Positions 1-9,075 of a DNA stretch of 64,000 nucleotides are shown in pieces. The stretch lies in assembly GCA_963849325.1 (NCBI GenBank), contig CAWKHF010000001.1:480001-544000 (forward strand). The letters run 5' to 3'. How positions within the stretch are numbered: position 1 is the stretch's first letter; each line of letters starts with the position of its first letter. This DNA comes from an uncultured Planctomycetota bacterium (lineage in GTDB: Bacteria > Planctomycetota > Planctomycetia > Gemmatales > Gemmataceae). A program made the translations under genes and the position numbers. The notes under the pieces were generated by a model, which was not told the origin of the DNA, ran no database searches, and saw nothing but the letters and a program-made list of their open reading frames with translations.

Positions 1-918
1 TCCCTCCATGCCGCCGAGCCGGTCGATCATCTTCGCCGCCTGGCCGAGATGCCGGTCAAGCTCCGAGAAGAAATCGACAGACTCCATCGCCTTCCGCGCT
101 GCCTCGGTTCGGCAGGGAAAGCCCAGCGCGTCCTTGACAGCTCCGGTCGCTTCCTCCTTCGCCGTCGCCGGCGTGTCCGCCTTCTGACGCTTGCCGATCC
201 GGCTTACGTCCATCTGGCGACCGTGCGCATCGACTCGAATGTCAGGCGCCGGCGCGGGCGGAGCGGGAGCCGTCGCCGAGGCGGGTGTCGAGCCGGCCAT
301 CGGGGCCATTCGCGTCGGCGCGGCCGTCGCGGGAGGAACCGGGTCCGGCTCGGGAGTATCCCAGGGAGTGCGCGTCGATGCAAATGTCTCGTTCGGCGCG
401 AACCAGTCGCCTGCCGAAGCGCTCTCCGTCTGCTCTGCGGAAATTTCCGCAGTGGGAGGCGATGCTTTCCGGCACTCGGCCAGATGGTAGCGCACGAGCT
501 TTTCGTCCACCTTGCACGCCTTGGCGATGGCACGATTGCTCAGATGTGGATTGAGACGATAGGCCGTCAAGATCGCATTGCGTCGATCCTCAGCCGTCCG
601 CCGCAAGCCGTGCGACGCATTGGCACCGAGGGCGTGCCACAACGCCGCCGTCCATTCGCCAGAGTGGACCTCGCACGGGATCTCTGTGCAACCCGCCTCC
701 TGTGCGGCCTGGCATCGGTGGTGCCCATCGGCCAGGTGATAGACCTTGCCGTCGAAGAAGACAATGACGGGGGGCAACGTTGCCGGCCATGTGCCTTCGT
801 CACCGAGCAACTCCATCAAGTCATCGACGTGCGCCCGGTTCGTCTCGGCACGCACCTGGAGCCCCTCGGTGCGAATCTGGGCCAGGGGGACAAGCTGCGG
901 TTGAGAAGTGCGCGACAT
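1..918 (-). CDS. ParB/Srx N-terminal domain + HTH protein (3' end runs off window; absent from ORF track)
   Basis: Manual translation from ATG 918: MSRTSQPQLVPLAQIRTEGLQVR...LPPVIVFFDGKVYHLADGHHRCQAA...ANASHGLRRTAEDRRNAI...LSNRAIAKACKVDEKLVR, open to base 1. Confidence 0.8.
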   Translation of the reverse strand, partial: MSRTSQPQLVPLAQIRTEGLQVRAETNRAHVDDLMELLGDEGTWPATLPPVIVFFDGKVYHLADGHHRCQAAQEAGCTEIPCEVHSGEWTAALWHALGANASHGLRRTAEDRRNAILTAYRLNPHLSNRAIAKACKVDEKLVRYHLAECRKASPPTAEISAEQTESASAGDWFAPNETFASTRTPWDTPEPDPVPPATAAPTRMAPMAGSTPASATAPAPPAPAPDIRVDAHGRQMDVSRIGKRQKADTPATAKEEATGAVKDALGFPCRTEAARKAMESVDFFSELDRHLGQAAKMIDRLGGMEG

Positions 919-1152
919 GGAAGCTCGAAGAAGTGGTTATGTGGGGAGTGAGAAGTGATCGAAAGGAGGCGGTCGAAAGTCTGCAACCGTGCTTGCGAGG
1001 AAAGCAGGAGCGAAGTAGACTGGTGGGCAACTCAGCGCCATCCATCGGAGATGAGAAATGCTCTGCACTCTCTTAATTTTGGTGGCCGACGAAAACATTT
1101 ATCAAGAGCGATCCGGCAACTATTTTGAGGCGATCTTGCTACTAACCTGGCT

Positions 1153-1344
1153 ATGTCTCATAGCCGCGCTCTCGCTCTCGGTCAGAAGAAAAACCGCCTG
1201 CCCGAAAGCCTTTTTCTCGGACCCATAGGACTATTCCTGGCTTGGCTTTTGCCACCACGGCGCCCTTGCCCGGCCTGCCGTTTTCGCATCCCGGTGGATG
1301 CTACACGGTGCGGTCACTGCGGAAGCACCGTCGCGGATGCCTGA
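1153..1344 (+). CDS. Small membrane protein with C-terminal zinc ribbon
   Basis: LFLGPIGLFLAWLLP hydrophobic segment, then CPAC...CGHC; a hydrophobic N-terminus (LLTWLCLIAAL) in an adjacent frame suggests an earlier start. Confidence 0.6.
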   Translation: MSHSRALALGQKKNRLPESLFLGPIGLFLAWLLPPRRPCPACRFRIPVDATRCGHCGSTVADA

Positions 1345-1364
1345 TTCGATCGCTGCTCTTTTCT

Positions 1365-2834
1365 TTAGTGCGGCCGTTCGCGTCGATTTAGCTCCTCCAG
1401 CTGTCGCGTAATCCTTTCCAGTTCTTCGCGCATCTTCGGGACGTTTTTACGCTGAATTTCCAGCAATCGCTGCTCGAAAGGATTTTTGTTGAGGATGGAG
1501 AGCTGCATCTGCTTGCGGGCCTCGGCGATGGGAGAATATTTCGCCGGCTGCTCTCGGGACGCCTCCGTAATCATCATGTTGAGGTTGCGGCCTCTGCGGA
1601 TCAGCCTTTTTTCTTCCTTGCCCTCGTACCCCTCCCTGCCGGTCTGCGAAAAGCGCTCCAGGATGTCTGCGGCCCGTTCCGCTTTCCCCTCCCCGACATA
1701 GGCGTATCCATGCCGCGCGGTGTAGAAGTTTCGCTCGCCGCGCTGTTCAATCCCCCTCAACCTTTCGGCGTCCTGCTTTGCTTGCTCTCGTCTCTTCTCG
1801 GGGGAAAGCGCGTTCCATTCGTCGGCCGAGATGCCATGCGTATGACTAGACAGGTTTCGCGCCCATTCAAATTCTTCCTCGGTTGGCCGTCCGTGCTCCT
1901 CGGAAGGCGTCGAAATGTTGTTGACGGCGAGGGGGAGAGCTGCCGCCACGGCGGCGACCGCGCCAGCTGGCCCGGCGAGGCGGACGAGATTGGAAAGCAT
2001 GGCGCTCTCTTTCGCGGCCGCGTTCATCTTTCGGATCGCAGCCGTGGCGAGCGTCAGGACCGGAGAGAGCGCGGCCGCCGCATGACCGAAGCCGATCAGG
2101 GCAGGCACGGCGACCACGCCGCCGGCGACGAGCTTTTTCGTTCCGTCGTCGAGGCTCTCGAACCAGTCGGCCACGGTCATGATGCCGTCCACGGCATCCG
2201 TCATGACCGGCAACAAAGCACTGCCGATCTCCGCCGTGAGTATCTGAACAGCCCCTTCCATACTCCTAAATACCCCAGGGCTTGCCGCCGAAGCGAAGTG
2301 CTTCAGCTCCAGATACATTCCTGTAGTTGTGGCCGTGGCGATCAGTGCCGATTTCTGCACTCCCGTAAATGCCTGCTTGAGCGCCTTCATGTTGGCGGTC
2401 TCGCCCTTGATCTTCACCTGGTTCTGATCGAGCTGGCCGTTAAGATGCTCGAGCGCGTGAGCCTGCTTCTCCCACGTGCCGAGCGAAACTTGACCGGCCG
2501 CGGCGAGGCGGACCTCGGCCTCGGCGACCATGTTGATATTCTCGGCGGCCTGTCGCATGGCCTGCTCGAAGGGGAGCATGGGCGCCGGGGCCGAGGTCGA
2601 AGTCGTATTCGGCGCCGGCGTGGTCTGCGCGACCGGGACCGGCGAGTTCGGCGCGCCCGCCGAGGTCGGCCCGGCCGGGGAGTTCGGGTTCGGCGTGGGC
2701 GCCGGCGTGTTCAGTTGTGCTATGGGCGCAAAGTACGCCGCGATGGTTTGCAGCTGGCGCGTAGCCTGCGCTAGCTGCTGGATCACCGGCTGCATAAATG
2801 CGGGGACTTGATTGTCGGGGATCTTGTCGGACAT
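1365..2834 (-). CDS. Short tail tape-measure-like protein
   Basis: Ala-rich helical protein with AEIGSALLPVMTDAVDGIMTVADWFESLDDGTKKLVAGGVVAVPALIG, typical of tape-measure hydrophobic regions. Confidence 0.55.
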   Translation of the reverse strand: MSDKIPDNQVPAFMQPVIQQLAQATRQLQTIAAYFAPIAQLNTPAPTPNPNSPAGPTSAGAPNSPVPVAQTTPAPNTTSTSAPAPMLPFEQAMRQAAENINMVAEAEVRLAAAGQVSLGTWEKQAHALEHLNGQLDQNQVKIKGETANMKALKQAFTGVQKSALIATATTTGMYLELKHFASAASPGVFRSMEGAVQILTAEIGSALLPVMTDAVDGIMTVADWFESLDDGTKKLVAGGVVAVPALIGFGHAAAALSPVLTLATAAIRKMNAAAKESAMLSNLVRLAGPAGAVAAVAAALPLAVNNISTPSEEHGRPTEEEFEWARNLSSHTHGISADEWNALSPEKRREQAKQDAERLRGIEQRGERNFYTARHGYAYVGEGKAERAADILERFSQTGREGYEGKEEKRLIRRGRNLNMMITEASREQPAKYSPIAEARKQMQLSILNKNPFEQRLLEIQRKNVPKMREELERITRQLEELNRRERPH

Positions 2835-2846
2835 GGCAGCTCTTTA

Positions 2847-3164
2847 TTAGAGAATCGACGCTGACCTCGACGCGGCCAGCTGGGCAAGGGCGACGTTCAA
2901 GTCATCCTTGAGTTTCGCGGCGTATCCGGCGAAGCCGGCAGCGGCACTACTCTTTTCCAACGCCTCGGCGACGAGGTAGCAGATTGCCTCACCGAGAATG
3001 CGGCCCTGCTCGGCCGCGCCGTCGGCCGACTCTAACCGTGATTGATATTCCTGAATCTTGGCCTGTAGTGCAAAAACATGCCCACGATGCAGCTCCGCAG
3101 CGATACGGCCGTCAATGGATCCGTCGCAAAGCAGGTCGGCTTTCATCCGGTCGAAGGCATTCAT
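2847..3164 (-). CDS. Hypothetical helical protein
   Basis: 105-aa ORF tightly packed in the minus-strand operon; GAGG-like RBS upstream. Confidence 0.55.
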   Translation of the reverse strand: MNAFDRMKADLLCDGSIDGRIAAELHRGHVFALQAKIQEYQSRLESADGAAEQGRILGEAICYLVAEALEKSSAAAGFAGYAAKLKDDLNVALAQLAASRSASIL

Positions 3165-3429
3165 CGTTACACCTCGAAGAAGAGAAAAAGGGACTGGTGA
3201 TCGAAGCGGCTGCTACTTGCCTGGTAGTGAATCTGGAGGGGGCAGCGCTGCACCTTTGCGCTGGGGAAGGCGTCGGCCGCTCGGCCAGGGCGGCAATCTG
3301 TTCGTGCAGGCTGGCAAAATCGAGGGCCAGCCGGCGCAGCACGCCGCGCGTTTCGCGGGCCAGCTTTCGACATTCGGCCGCCCTGCGACGGAGATGGACT
3401 GGATCAATCGTTCGATGACGAGTTGTCAT
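3112..3429 (-). CDS. Hypothetical protein
   Basis: ORF overlapping both neighbours; N-terminus predicted helical (HLRRRAAECRKLARETR); 3' end uncertain. Confidence 0.35.
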   Translation of the reverse strand: MTTRHRTIDPVHLRRRAAECRKLARETRGVLRRLALDFASLHEQIAALAERPTPSPAQRCSAAPSRFTTRQVAAASITSPFFSSSRCNDECLRPDESRPALRRIH

Positions 3430-3871
3430 GGATCGCCTTGCCTTTCTCGAAAAAGCCAGGATGCTCGGATAGCATCTGGGCGAATTGATCTTTGATGAAT
3501 TCGATTTCTCGTTGAAGATCGACCTGGTGACGAGTCTTCAAAGTGAGTTCCAGGAGCCGGCTTGCGGCCGCGAGCTTGACCTGATCCTGTTCGGACTTCA
3601 TCAACGCCGCGAGCGTGTCCACGGCCGCGCCGTTCTGGGCCAGCAGCTTGCCCAGCGTTTCGGAGACCAGCTGGCTCCGGATTTCCTCGACCGCAGCCTT
3701 GAACGCCGGCCGTTTGAGCCATCGCCGCACCGTCCGTACCGTGACCCCAGCAGCGGCCGCCGCTACGCTGGCGGGTTGCCCAGCAGCGACGGCCAGGGCG
3801 GCGTTCAGCCAGCCCCCGCCGTTTGGGGTGACATTCTGGGGCTGTTTGCGGACAGGGGACACGACGGGCAC
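3404..3871 (-). CDS. HTH protein, phBC6A51/terminase-small-subunit-like
   Basis: ASVAAAAAGVTVRTVRRWLKRPAF HTH, then AVDTLAALM...VKLAAASRLLEL helical pair. Confidence 0.65.
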   Translation of the reverse strand: MPVVSPVRKQPQNVTPNGGGWLNAALAVAAGQPASVAAAAAGVTVRTVRRWLKRPAFKAAVEEIRSQLVSETLGKLLAQNGAAVDTLAALMKSEQDQVKLAAASRLLELTLKTRHQVDLQREIEFIKDQFAQMLSEHPGFFEKGKAIHDNSSSND

Positions 3872-3890
3872 CTACGATCTTGCTGGCATC

Positions 3891-4055
3891 TCAGACATCA
3901 TGTCTGATTTTCCTTCTATCAGACAACTTGTCTGACTTTACTCCCGCACGACGGATTCCCAAATCAAATCCTCTCCCTTTTGTGGGGGATTGTTTGGTCT
4001 GCTGGTCTACCCTGGGTCGGTTAGGTGATGCCAGGTGGTCAGACTGCCTGTCTGG
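3891..4055. promoter_or_regulatory. Three TCAGAC-N5-GTCTGA palindromic sites
   Basis: TCAGACATCATGTCTGA 3891-3907, TCAGACAACTTGTCTGA 3919-3935, TCAGACTGCCTGTCTGG 4039-4055. Confidence 0.6.
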
Positions 4056-4479
4056 TTCTCGGCCGGTGACGACGACATGGCCGATGGTTTTCGAGAGGTT
4101 TTGACCGGCCGCGAGGGCCGGAGGGACCGGGGCGTATCCGTCATGCCGCATCAACCAGCGGCCCGTTGCCCGGCTTAACCACGCCCCCGTAGGAGCGTGG
4201 GAACCCTTCGTTCTTCGTCGTCTTCGCGTCAAATCCGGTTCGTCGTGTGACGATCCGCGAAACCGCTTCGGCTCGGTGGGGAGGTTTGAACCCACCGCTG
4301 GCGCCGCCGGTCCCTCCGGCGACCGCTTCCGTTTTGTGTCGGGATAAACGTCCGCGTGCTCGCAACCCGCCGATCCGTCAGGACCGGAACCGACCTTCCT
4401 CGGAAAAACATCGCTTTGGGTGGCGGCTACTGGAAATGCAGCGGAGGGCGTGCTATATTTCAGTTACCGACCATCCTCT

Positions 4480-4519
4480 GAACCGCCGAGCGCTGATACG
4501 CCCGGCGGTTCTTTTTTTT
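4480..4519 (+). terminator. Intrinsic terminator on + strand, antisense to element genes
   Basis: GAACCGCCGAGCG-CTGATA-CGCCCGGCGGTTC followed by T8. Confidence 0.7.
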
Positions 4520-4531
4520 GATTCGCGCCGT

Positions 4532-4753
4532 CTATTCGGCCTTCGTGGCGATGTCGTCCGTCTCGACGCTATCGCATCCGAATAAATGCTTTAGGTCCTC
4601 CCAGCGCCAGCGGAGATGGCGGAACCCTGGCAGCGGCGGCGGCAGCATCCCACTTTTGGCCCAATCGGCTATCGTCTTCCGGGTAACATTCGCCGCCTCG
4701 GCGAGTTCCCGCGTTCCAACCCATCGTTTTCCCATCGGCATTCCTCCAGACAA
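4532..4753 (-). CDS. Excisionase/AlpA-like winged-HTH protein
   Basis: WVGTRELAEAANVTRKTIADWAKSGMLPPP...LRWRWEDL, next to the integrase. Confidence 0.8.
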   Translation of the reverse strand: MSGGMPMGKRWVGTRELAEAANVTRKTIADWAKSGMLPPPLPGFRHLRWRWEDLKHLFGCDSVETDDIATKAE

Positions 4754-5085
4754 GCAGCAACCGGCGAATTTGAAGAAGTTCGAGTGCCCAAGAGGAGTTA
4801 TTGCGGGACAAGGAGAAATTGTGCGGCGCGATTCGGATTTTTCACGGAAGGAACCGGGAAGGTGACAACGTTGTCAGAGATGAGAGAGGGGAGTAGTTGA
4901 CAGAGCGAAATTGTTTCCTATCGCTGAGTGCGGAAGGCGACGCGAGTATCGGCGACGGGAGAGGAGACGATGCTTCGCCGCGAACGAGGAAGGTCAATGC
5001 GGCCGTCTACGCTGGCGCCAGTGCGCTCCGGGTGCCGCGACGGCCAACGGGCCGGCTTGCGCCTCGACAACGCGGCAGACGTGAG

Positions 5086-6633
5086 CTAATGCGTATCCCT
5101 GCGCGATCGCCGCGGCGACGGCTTCTTGTCGGTTGGCGCCTCGACAAAGCCGAGCTGCTGACCCAGCCAGGTAACGGCCTCGTCAAAGAGGACTTGTGGC
5201 GGGGCTGCATAGTGCTTGTCCGCCATCGTCGCGGGAGCATGACCAAGGAACAGATCGACGAATTGAGCGTGGACGGGATGCGATTTCAGCAAGGTTGCAG
5301 AGGTTTTTCGCAGCAGCTTCATGGGCTTTTTCAAGCCGAGCCGCTTTTGCAGTCTGCGGAAAAGATCTCCGAACGAATCGACAGCCCGATAGTTCCCTTC
5401 GATCAGCCGCTTGTACACGAAAGGTTTCCCCGTCTTGGTGACAAGAACGCGCTGCTGTCCGCTGCGGTGTTCTTGGAGCAAGGCAAATGTCGCGGGCCAG
5501 AGGAGATAATTAACGGTCGGCGTGTTCGCTCGCTTCCTGGTCTTGCTTCGTTTCCTGACGATCCGCCCCGCCAACCAATCGACCTCGGAATCGAGTAGGT
5601 CGGACACGTCCGCTTGCGTCGCGCCGCAATTGAGCTGTAATAGGAGAGCAAGGCGAAGTTTGGCTGTCGCCTCGCTGACGATACGACGTACCTCCTCGGC
5701 CTCGAACGTCTCGATATTCTCGTTCGCCGATCCAAAGGCGAACCGCCGAGAATTAAGGTTTCTCGGTTCGTCAATGACGTGTTCCTCCACCAGCCAACGC
5801 GCCCAGCATCGCGCCGCCAAGAAAACCTCCTTCGCGTATGCCTTCGACCAGCCGGAATCCGGCGATTGCTGGCGTTCGGCGAGCTTGGACACACAGTAGT
5901 TAAAGATCCCGCTTAGCTTGTCCTCGTCAATGCCGGCCGCGTCCGCGTCTTCGCCGAGGTAGTTGGCCACATGCGCGATATGGACGCGGATGGAAGCGAG
6001 CCGCACCGCCGACAGTTGGCCGGTAGTCACTTCGTCCATCTTCACCTTCAACCACTTCTCCACAAGCGATTTCACCGTCTTCCCAGACTCCCCCGAAGCG
6101 GCGACAGTCTCGCCCCGTAGTTCTTTGGCGGCCCGCTCCACCTGTTGCACGCGAGCGGGCGGGAGATGCCCTGCCACGGCCGGCGGCAGGGACGATAGCT
6201 CACCGAACAGGAGTCTTTCGAGCAAGCCCATTATCTCGCGGCGCCTGATCGTCTCCGCGTCCTCGACAGGGCTGGGCGGGTCGATGGGGATTTCGTCATC
6301 GCCCCGCGGGTCGCACTGGCCCTTGGGTTGCTGTGCCACTTCGCGGAGCAACGCTTGCTCCAAGAGATGCCGCACGTTCCCGAATAGGTCCGGCGCGACG
6401 CCCAGCGACGCCGCCGCAAGGTCTTCCATCGGTGCCGGAACGCGGCCCGGCTTGATGGCGTAATCCAGTTCGGCTTGCTTGTCCCGCCACCATTGATTCG
6501 CCGCGTGCAAGCTGTCCTCTTTCGTCTCGGGGACGCCGAGGGCTTTACAGGATACCCAAAAGCGTTTACCCTTGTGCATCCGCGTCCAGCGGCGACGTGA
6601 GGGAACCCATGTCATCAACTCCGGAGTCGGCAT
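5086..6633 (-). CDS. Tyrosine recombinase/integrase
   Basis: Start ATG 6633 after GGAGG; LNCGATQADVSDL, RSKT, KLLRKT, LGH and KHY motifs of the lambda-integrase fold. Confidence 0.85.
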   Translation of the reverse strand: MPTPELMTWVPSRRRWTRMHKGKRFWVSCKALGVPETKEDSLHAANQWWRDKQAELDYAIKPGRVPAPMEDLAAASLGVAPDLFGNVRHLLEQALLREVAQQPKGQCDPRGDDEIPIDPPSPVEDAETIRRREIMGLLERLLFGELSSLPPAVAGHLPPARVQQVERAAKELRGETVAASGESGKTVKSLVEKWLKVKMDEVTTGQLSAVRLASIRVHIAHVANYLGEDADAAGIDEDKLSGIFNYCVSKLAERQQSPDSGWSKAYAKEVFLAARCWARWLVEEHVIDEPRNLNSRRFAFGSANENIETFEAEEVRRIVSEATAKLRLALLLQLNCGATQADVSDLLDSEVDWLAGRIVRKRSKTRKRANTPTVNYLLWPATFALLQEHRSGQQRVLVTKTGKPFVYKRLIEGNYRAVDSFGDLFRRLQKRLGLKKPMKLLRKTSATLLKSHPVHAQFVDLFLGHAPATMADKHYAAPPQVLFDEAVTWLGQQLGFVEAPTDKKPSPRRSRRDTH

Positions 6634-6675
6634 GACGGACCTCCAATGGCGACAGGCGATTGTCAGTTCATCCGT

Positions 6676-6704
6676 ATTATACCTCCCTGGCGTATCTCTG
6701 GCAA
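6676..6704 (-). promoter_or_regulatory. Sigma70-type promoter for integrase
   Basis: Minus strand TTGCCA-N17-TATAAT, about 43 nt upstream of the integrase ATG. Confidence 0.65.
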
Positions 6705-6930
6705 CACTTTTTGGCAACAAAATTGGCGTTAAGATGGGAGGTTTGTTGCCGAAAAACCCTATAAAACAAGGCATTTTCGATTGCATGCTGTGGCACTGGC
6801 GCAATGGCTTCCGTTTGCTGGCGTATCCGGGATCGTGGCGACAGCGGTTTCCGGAGCAGGAGGGGAAGCCGTAGAAGTATGACGAAGGGCAGTCGTCGCA
6901 TCGATGAACTCCACTAAAGAGGAACAAACC

Positions 6931-7167
6931 ATGTCCACCATGATCCCCGTAGAGGAAGCTCAGGCCCGGTTGAAAGAATTGATCGGTCAATTGGCCCCTG
7001 GTGAGGAAGTCGTTCTCACGGAAAACCAACAGCCGGTGGCGAAACTGATTGGCGAACGTCCGCCGCGCACGCCTCGGCCCGCTCCGGGGTTGGGCAAGGG
7101 CAGTATCCTCTACATGGCCGCTGACTTCGATGAACCGCTGGAGGAATTCAAGGAGTACGTGGAGTGA
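6931..7167 (+). CDS. Phd/YefM-family antitoxin
   Basis: IPVEEAQARLKELI...GEEVVLTENQQPVAKL, C-terminal ADFDEPLEEFKEY; GTGA overlap with the PIN toxin. Confidence 0.88.
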   Translation: MSTMIPVEEAQARLKELIGQLAPGEEVVLTENQQPVAKLIGERPPRTPRPAPGLGKGSILYMAADFDEPLEEFKEYVE

Positions 7168-7550
7168 AGCTCCTTGTCGATACGCACACGTTCTTGTGGT
7201 TGGTCGAGGGGAACCCGAACCTGGGTACGGCCGCCCAAACCGCGATCAGCGACCCAGCCAACGAGTTATTTCTGAGTGTCGCGTCTGTGTGGGAGCTGGC
7301 GATCAAGACCGGCAACAAGAAGCTTATCCTCAGCGACCCGCTCCCCGTCTTCCTCTCCAAGTGGGCGGCAATCTATCAACTGAATCTCTTACCGATCCAG
7401 CCGTCTCACGCTCTGGCGGTCGTGGGGCTGCCGGCCCACCACAAAGACCCTTTCGATCGAATCTTGATCGCCCAGACCTTGGTTGAAGGAATGACCCTGG
7501 TGAGTGGGGACAGCAAGTTCGCACCGTATGGCGTGCCGATCCTTTGGTGA
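7164..7550 (+). CDS. vapC: VapC PIN-domain toxin
   Basis: LLVDTHTFLW, SVASVWELAIK, HKDPFDRILIAQ, LVSGD. Confidence 0.92.
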   Translation: MKLLVDTHTFLWLVEGNPNLGTAAQTAISDPANELFLSVASVWELAIKTGNKKLILSDPLPVFLSKWAAIYQLNLLPIQPSHALAVVGLPAHHKDPFDRILIAQTLVEGMTLVSGDSKFAPYGVPILW

Positions 7551-7589
7551 CGCCGGTTCACGATGGCCCTGGCCTTTTCCGAATTCCTC

Positions 7590-9060
7590 TCAAGGCCGAC
7601 TCATGCCCACGAAACTGCCGTCGTTCTCGCGGGCCAGCGCCCACAGGAAGGCGCCCACGTCGGGACTCTCGAAGAAGAAGCCGATGGCGTTGATGCGGAC
7701 GCGCGGCTGGGCCGGCACGTCTCGGTTCCAGTCGGCCTTGAGCGTGCGGCGGATGTGCTTGGCGAGGGCGTCGTTGCGCTCCACCTCCTTGAGGTTGCGC
7801 GACGCCTCGACGGCCAGCCCCTCGCCGAGGTTAGGCAGGCCGTCGGACAGCAGGTAGATCGTATCCAGTCCTCGGCGCGCAGACGGAAAGCGGCCTCCAG
7901 GGCGGCGTACATGTTGGTGCCGCCCTTGGGCTTGACGGCGGCCAGGCCGCGCAGCACGCGCTCCGGACTAGACTGCGCCTCGTAGTCCTGCCAGCCGTCG
8001 TCGCCGAACAGGAACGTCGGCTTCTCGGCGAACACGATCACCTGGTACTTCTCCAGGTCCGGCATGCTGCGCATCAGGCGGGCAACGGTGTTGCGTACCT
8101 CCGTCCACTTCGCCGGCGCCTGCGTGTTCTCGTCCACCAGATCCATACTGCCGGACATATCGACGAGGAAGACGACGCGGCGGCCGGTCAGGGCGATGCC
8201 GGCGAAGCGATTCTCCGCCGCCGCTCGCACTCGCGCCGCCTCGCTCGCCAGCGTCTTCTTCTCGTTTTGCAGCGTCGCCACATTCCGCCGAGCCAGGACC
8301 AGATCCTTGTCGCGACTGTCGAGGTCGCGCTCCAGGGAACGCCGCGCCGTCTGCAAGGCTTCCCGGTCCTTGTCGGCGTCCTTCAGTTCGCGCAGGCGCT
8401 TGGCGATCTCCTTTTCGAGGGCGCCGGCCAGCGCCTTTTCGGCGGCGTACTGCTCGCGCGCATCCTTGAGGTCGGCGCGCAGAGCGGGCACGAGGTTCGC
8501 CGTCGCTTGCAGGTCTTTCAGGCGCGTCTTCGCCGTCGTCAGCTCGCCGGCCAACTCCCGACCGCGCATCGTCTCGCGCTCGCCGCGCTTCTCGCTGCGC
8601 GCAGGTCTTTCTCCAGCACCGCCACGCGGCCGCCGGCGTCCTTCAACTGACGCTCCAGGTCGGCGGCGCGGCTATCTCCGCCTCGTGAGTTTCCGTGCGT
8701 CGCGGCCAGGTCTTTCTCCAGCGCCGTCACGCGCCGGCCGACGCGGTTAGCTGTCGCGACAACGCCTCGGCCTCGGCCTGCCGTGTACTCAGACGATTTT
8801 GCAGATCGCTTTTCTCCTCCTCGACGGACTCGATCCGCGCTGCCCAGGCGCATCACCATGCCGAGGGCGTCATCGCGTTCGGCGCGGTGCCGGCCAGGCG
8901 CTCCGTGATCTGACGGTTCTGTTCCTCGGCGCTCTCTTCGTGGTGCTTGGCCTCGCGCAGATTGATGCAGCCACAGCAGAATGACGCAGCCCAGGGCGCA
9001 GCAGAGCACGTCCACCATGGACAGGTTGAAAATCGAGGGGATGCGATGGCGGACGCGCAT
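7590..9060 (-). CDS. ExbD/TolR-like TM anchor + coiled coil + vWA domain protein (frameshifted)
   Basis: N-term FNLSMVDVLCCALGCVILLWL; long heptad region; MIDAS FLVDMSGSM, GGTNM, SDGLPN; INAIGFF...LARENDGSFVG; split over several frames. Confidence 0.8.
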
Positions 9061-9075
9061 GGGAAATCCTCGGCG

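Larger units (their letters stand above)
1..6780. mobile_element. Integrated phage-related/satellite-like element (right portion; left end outside window)
   Basis: Tyrosine integrase at the right end, followed by xis-like, HTH, tape-measure-like and ParB-like genes, nearly all on the minus strand; TGGCAACA repeats and an AT-rich tract beside the integrase; right boundary inferred. Confidence 0.75.

Noticed and set aside
49-951. 300-aa plus-strand ORF
   Set aside because: Shadow of the minus-strand ParB-like gene, which has recognisable motifs
6634-7029. N-terminal extension making the integrase 647 aa
   Set aside because: Overlaps the antitoxin on the opposite strand; RBS and promoter support ATG 6633
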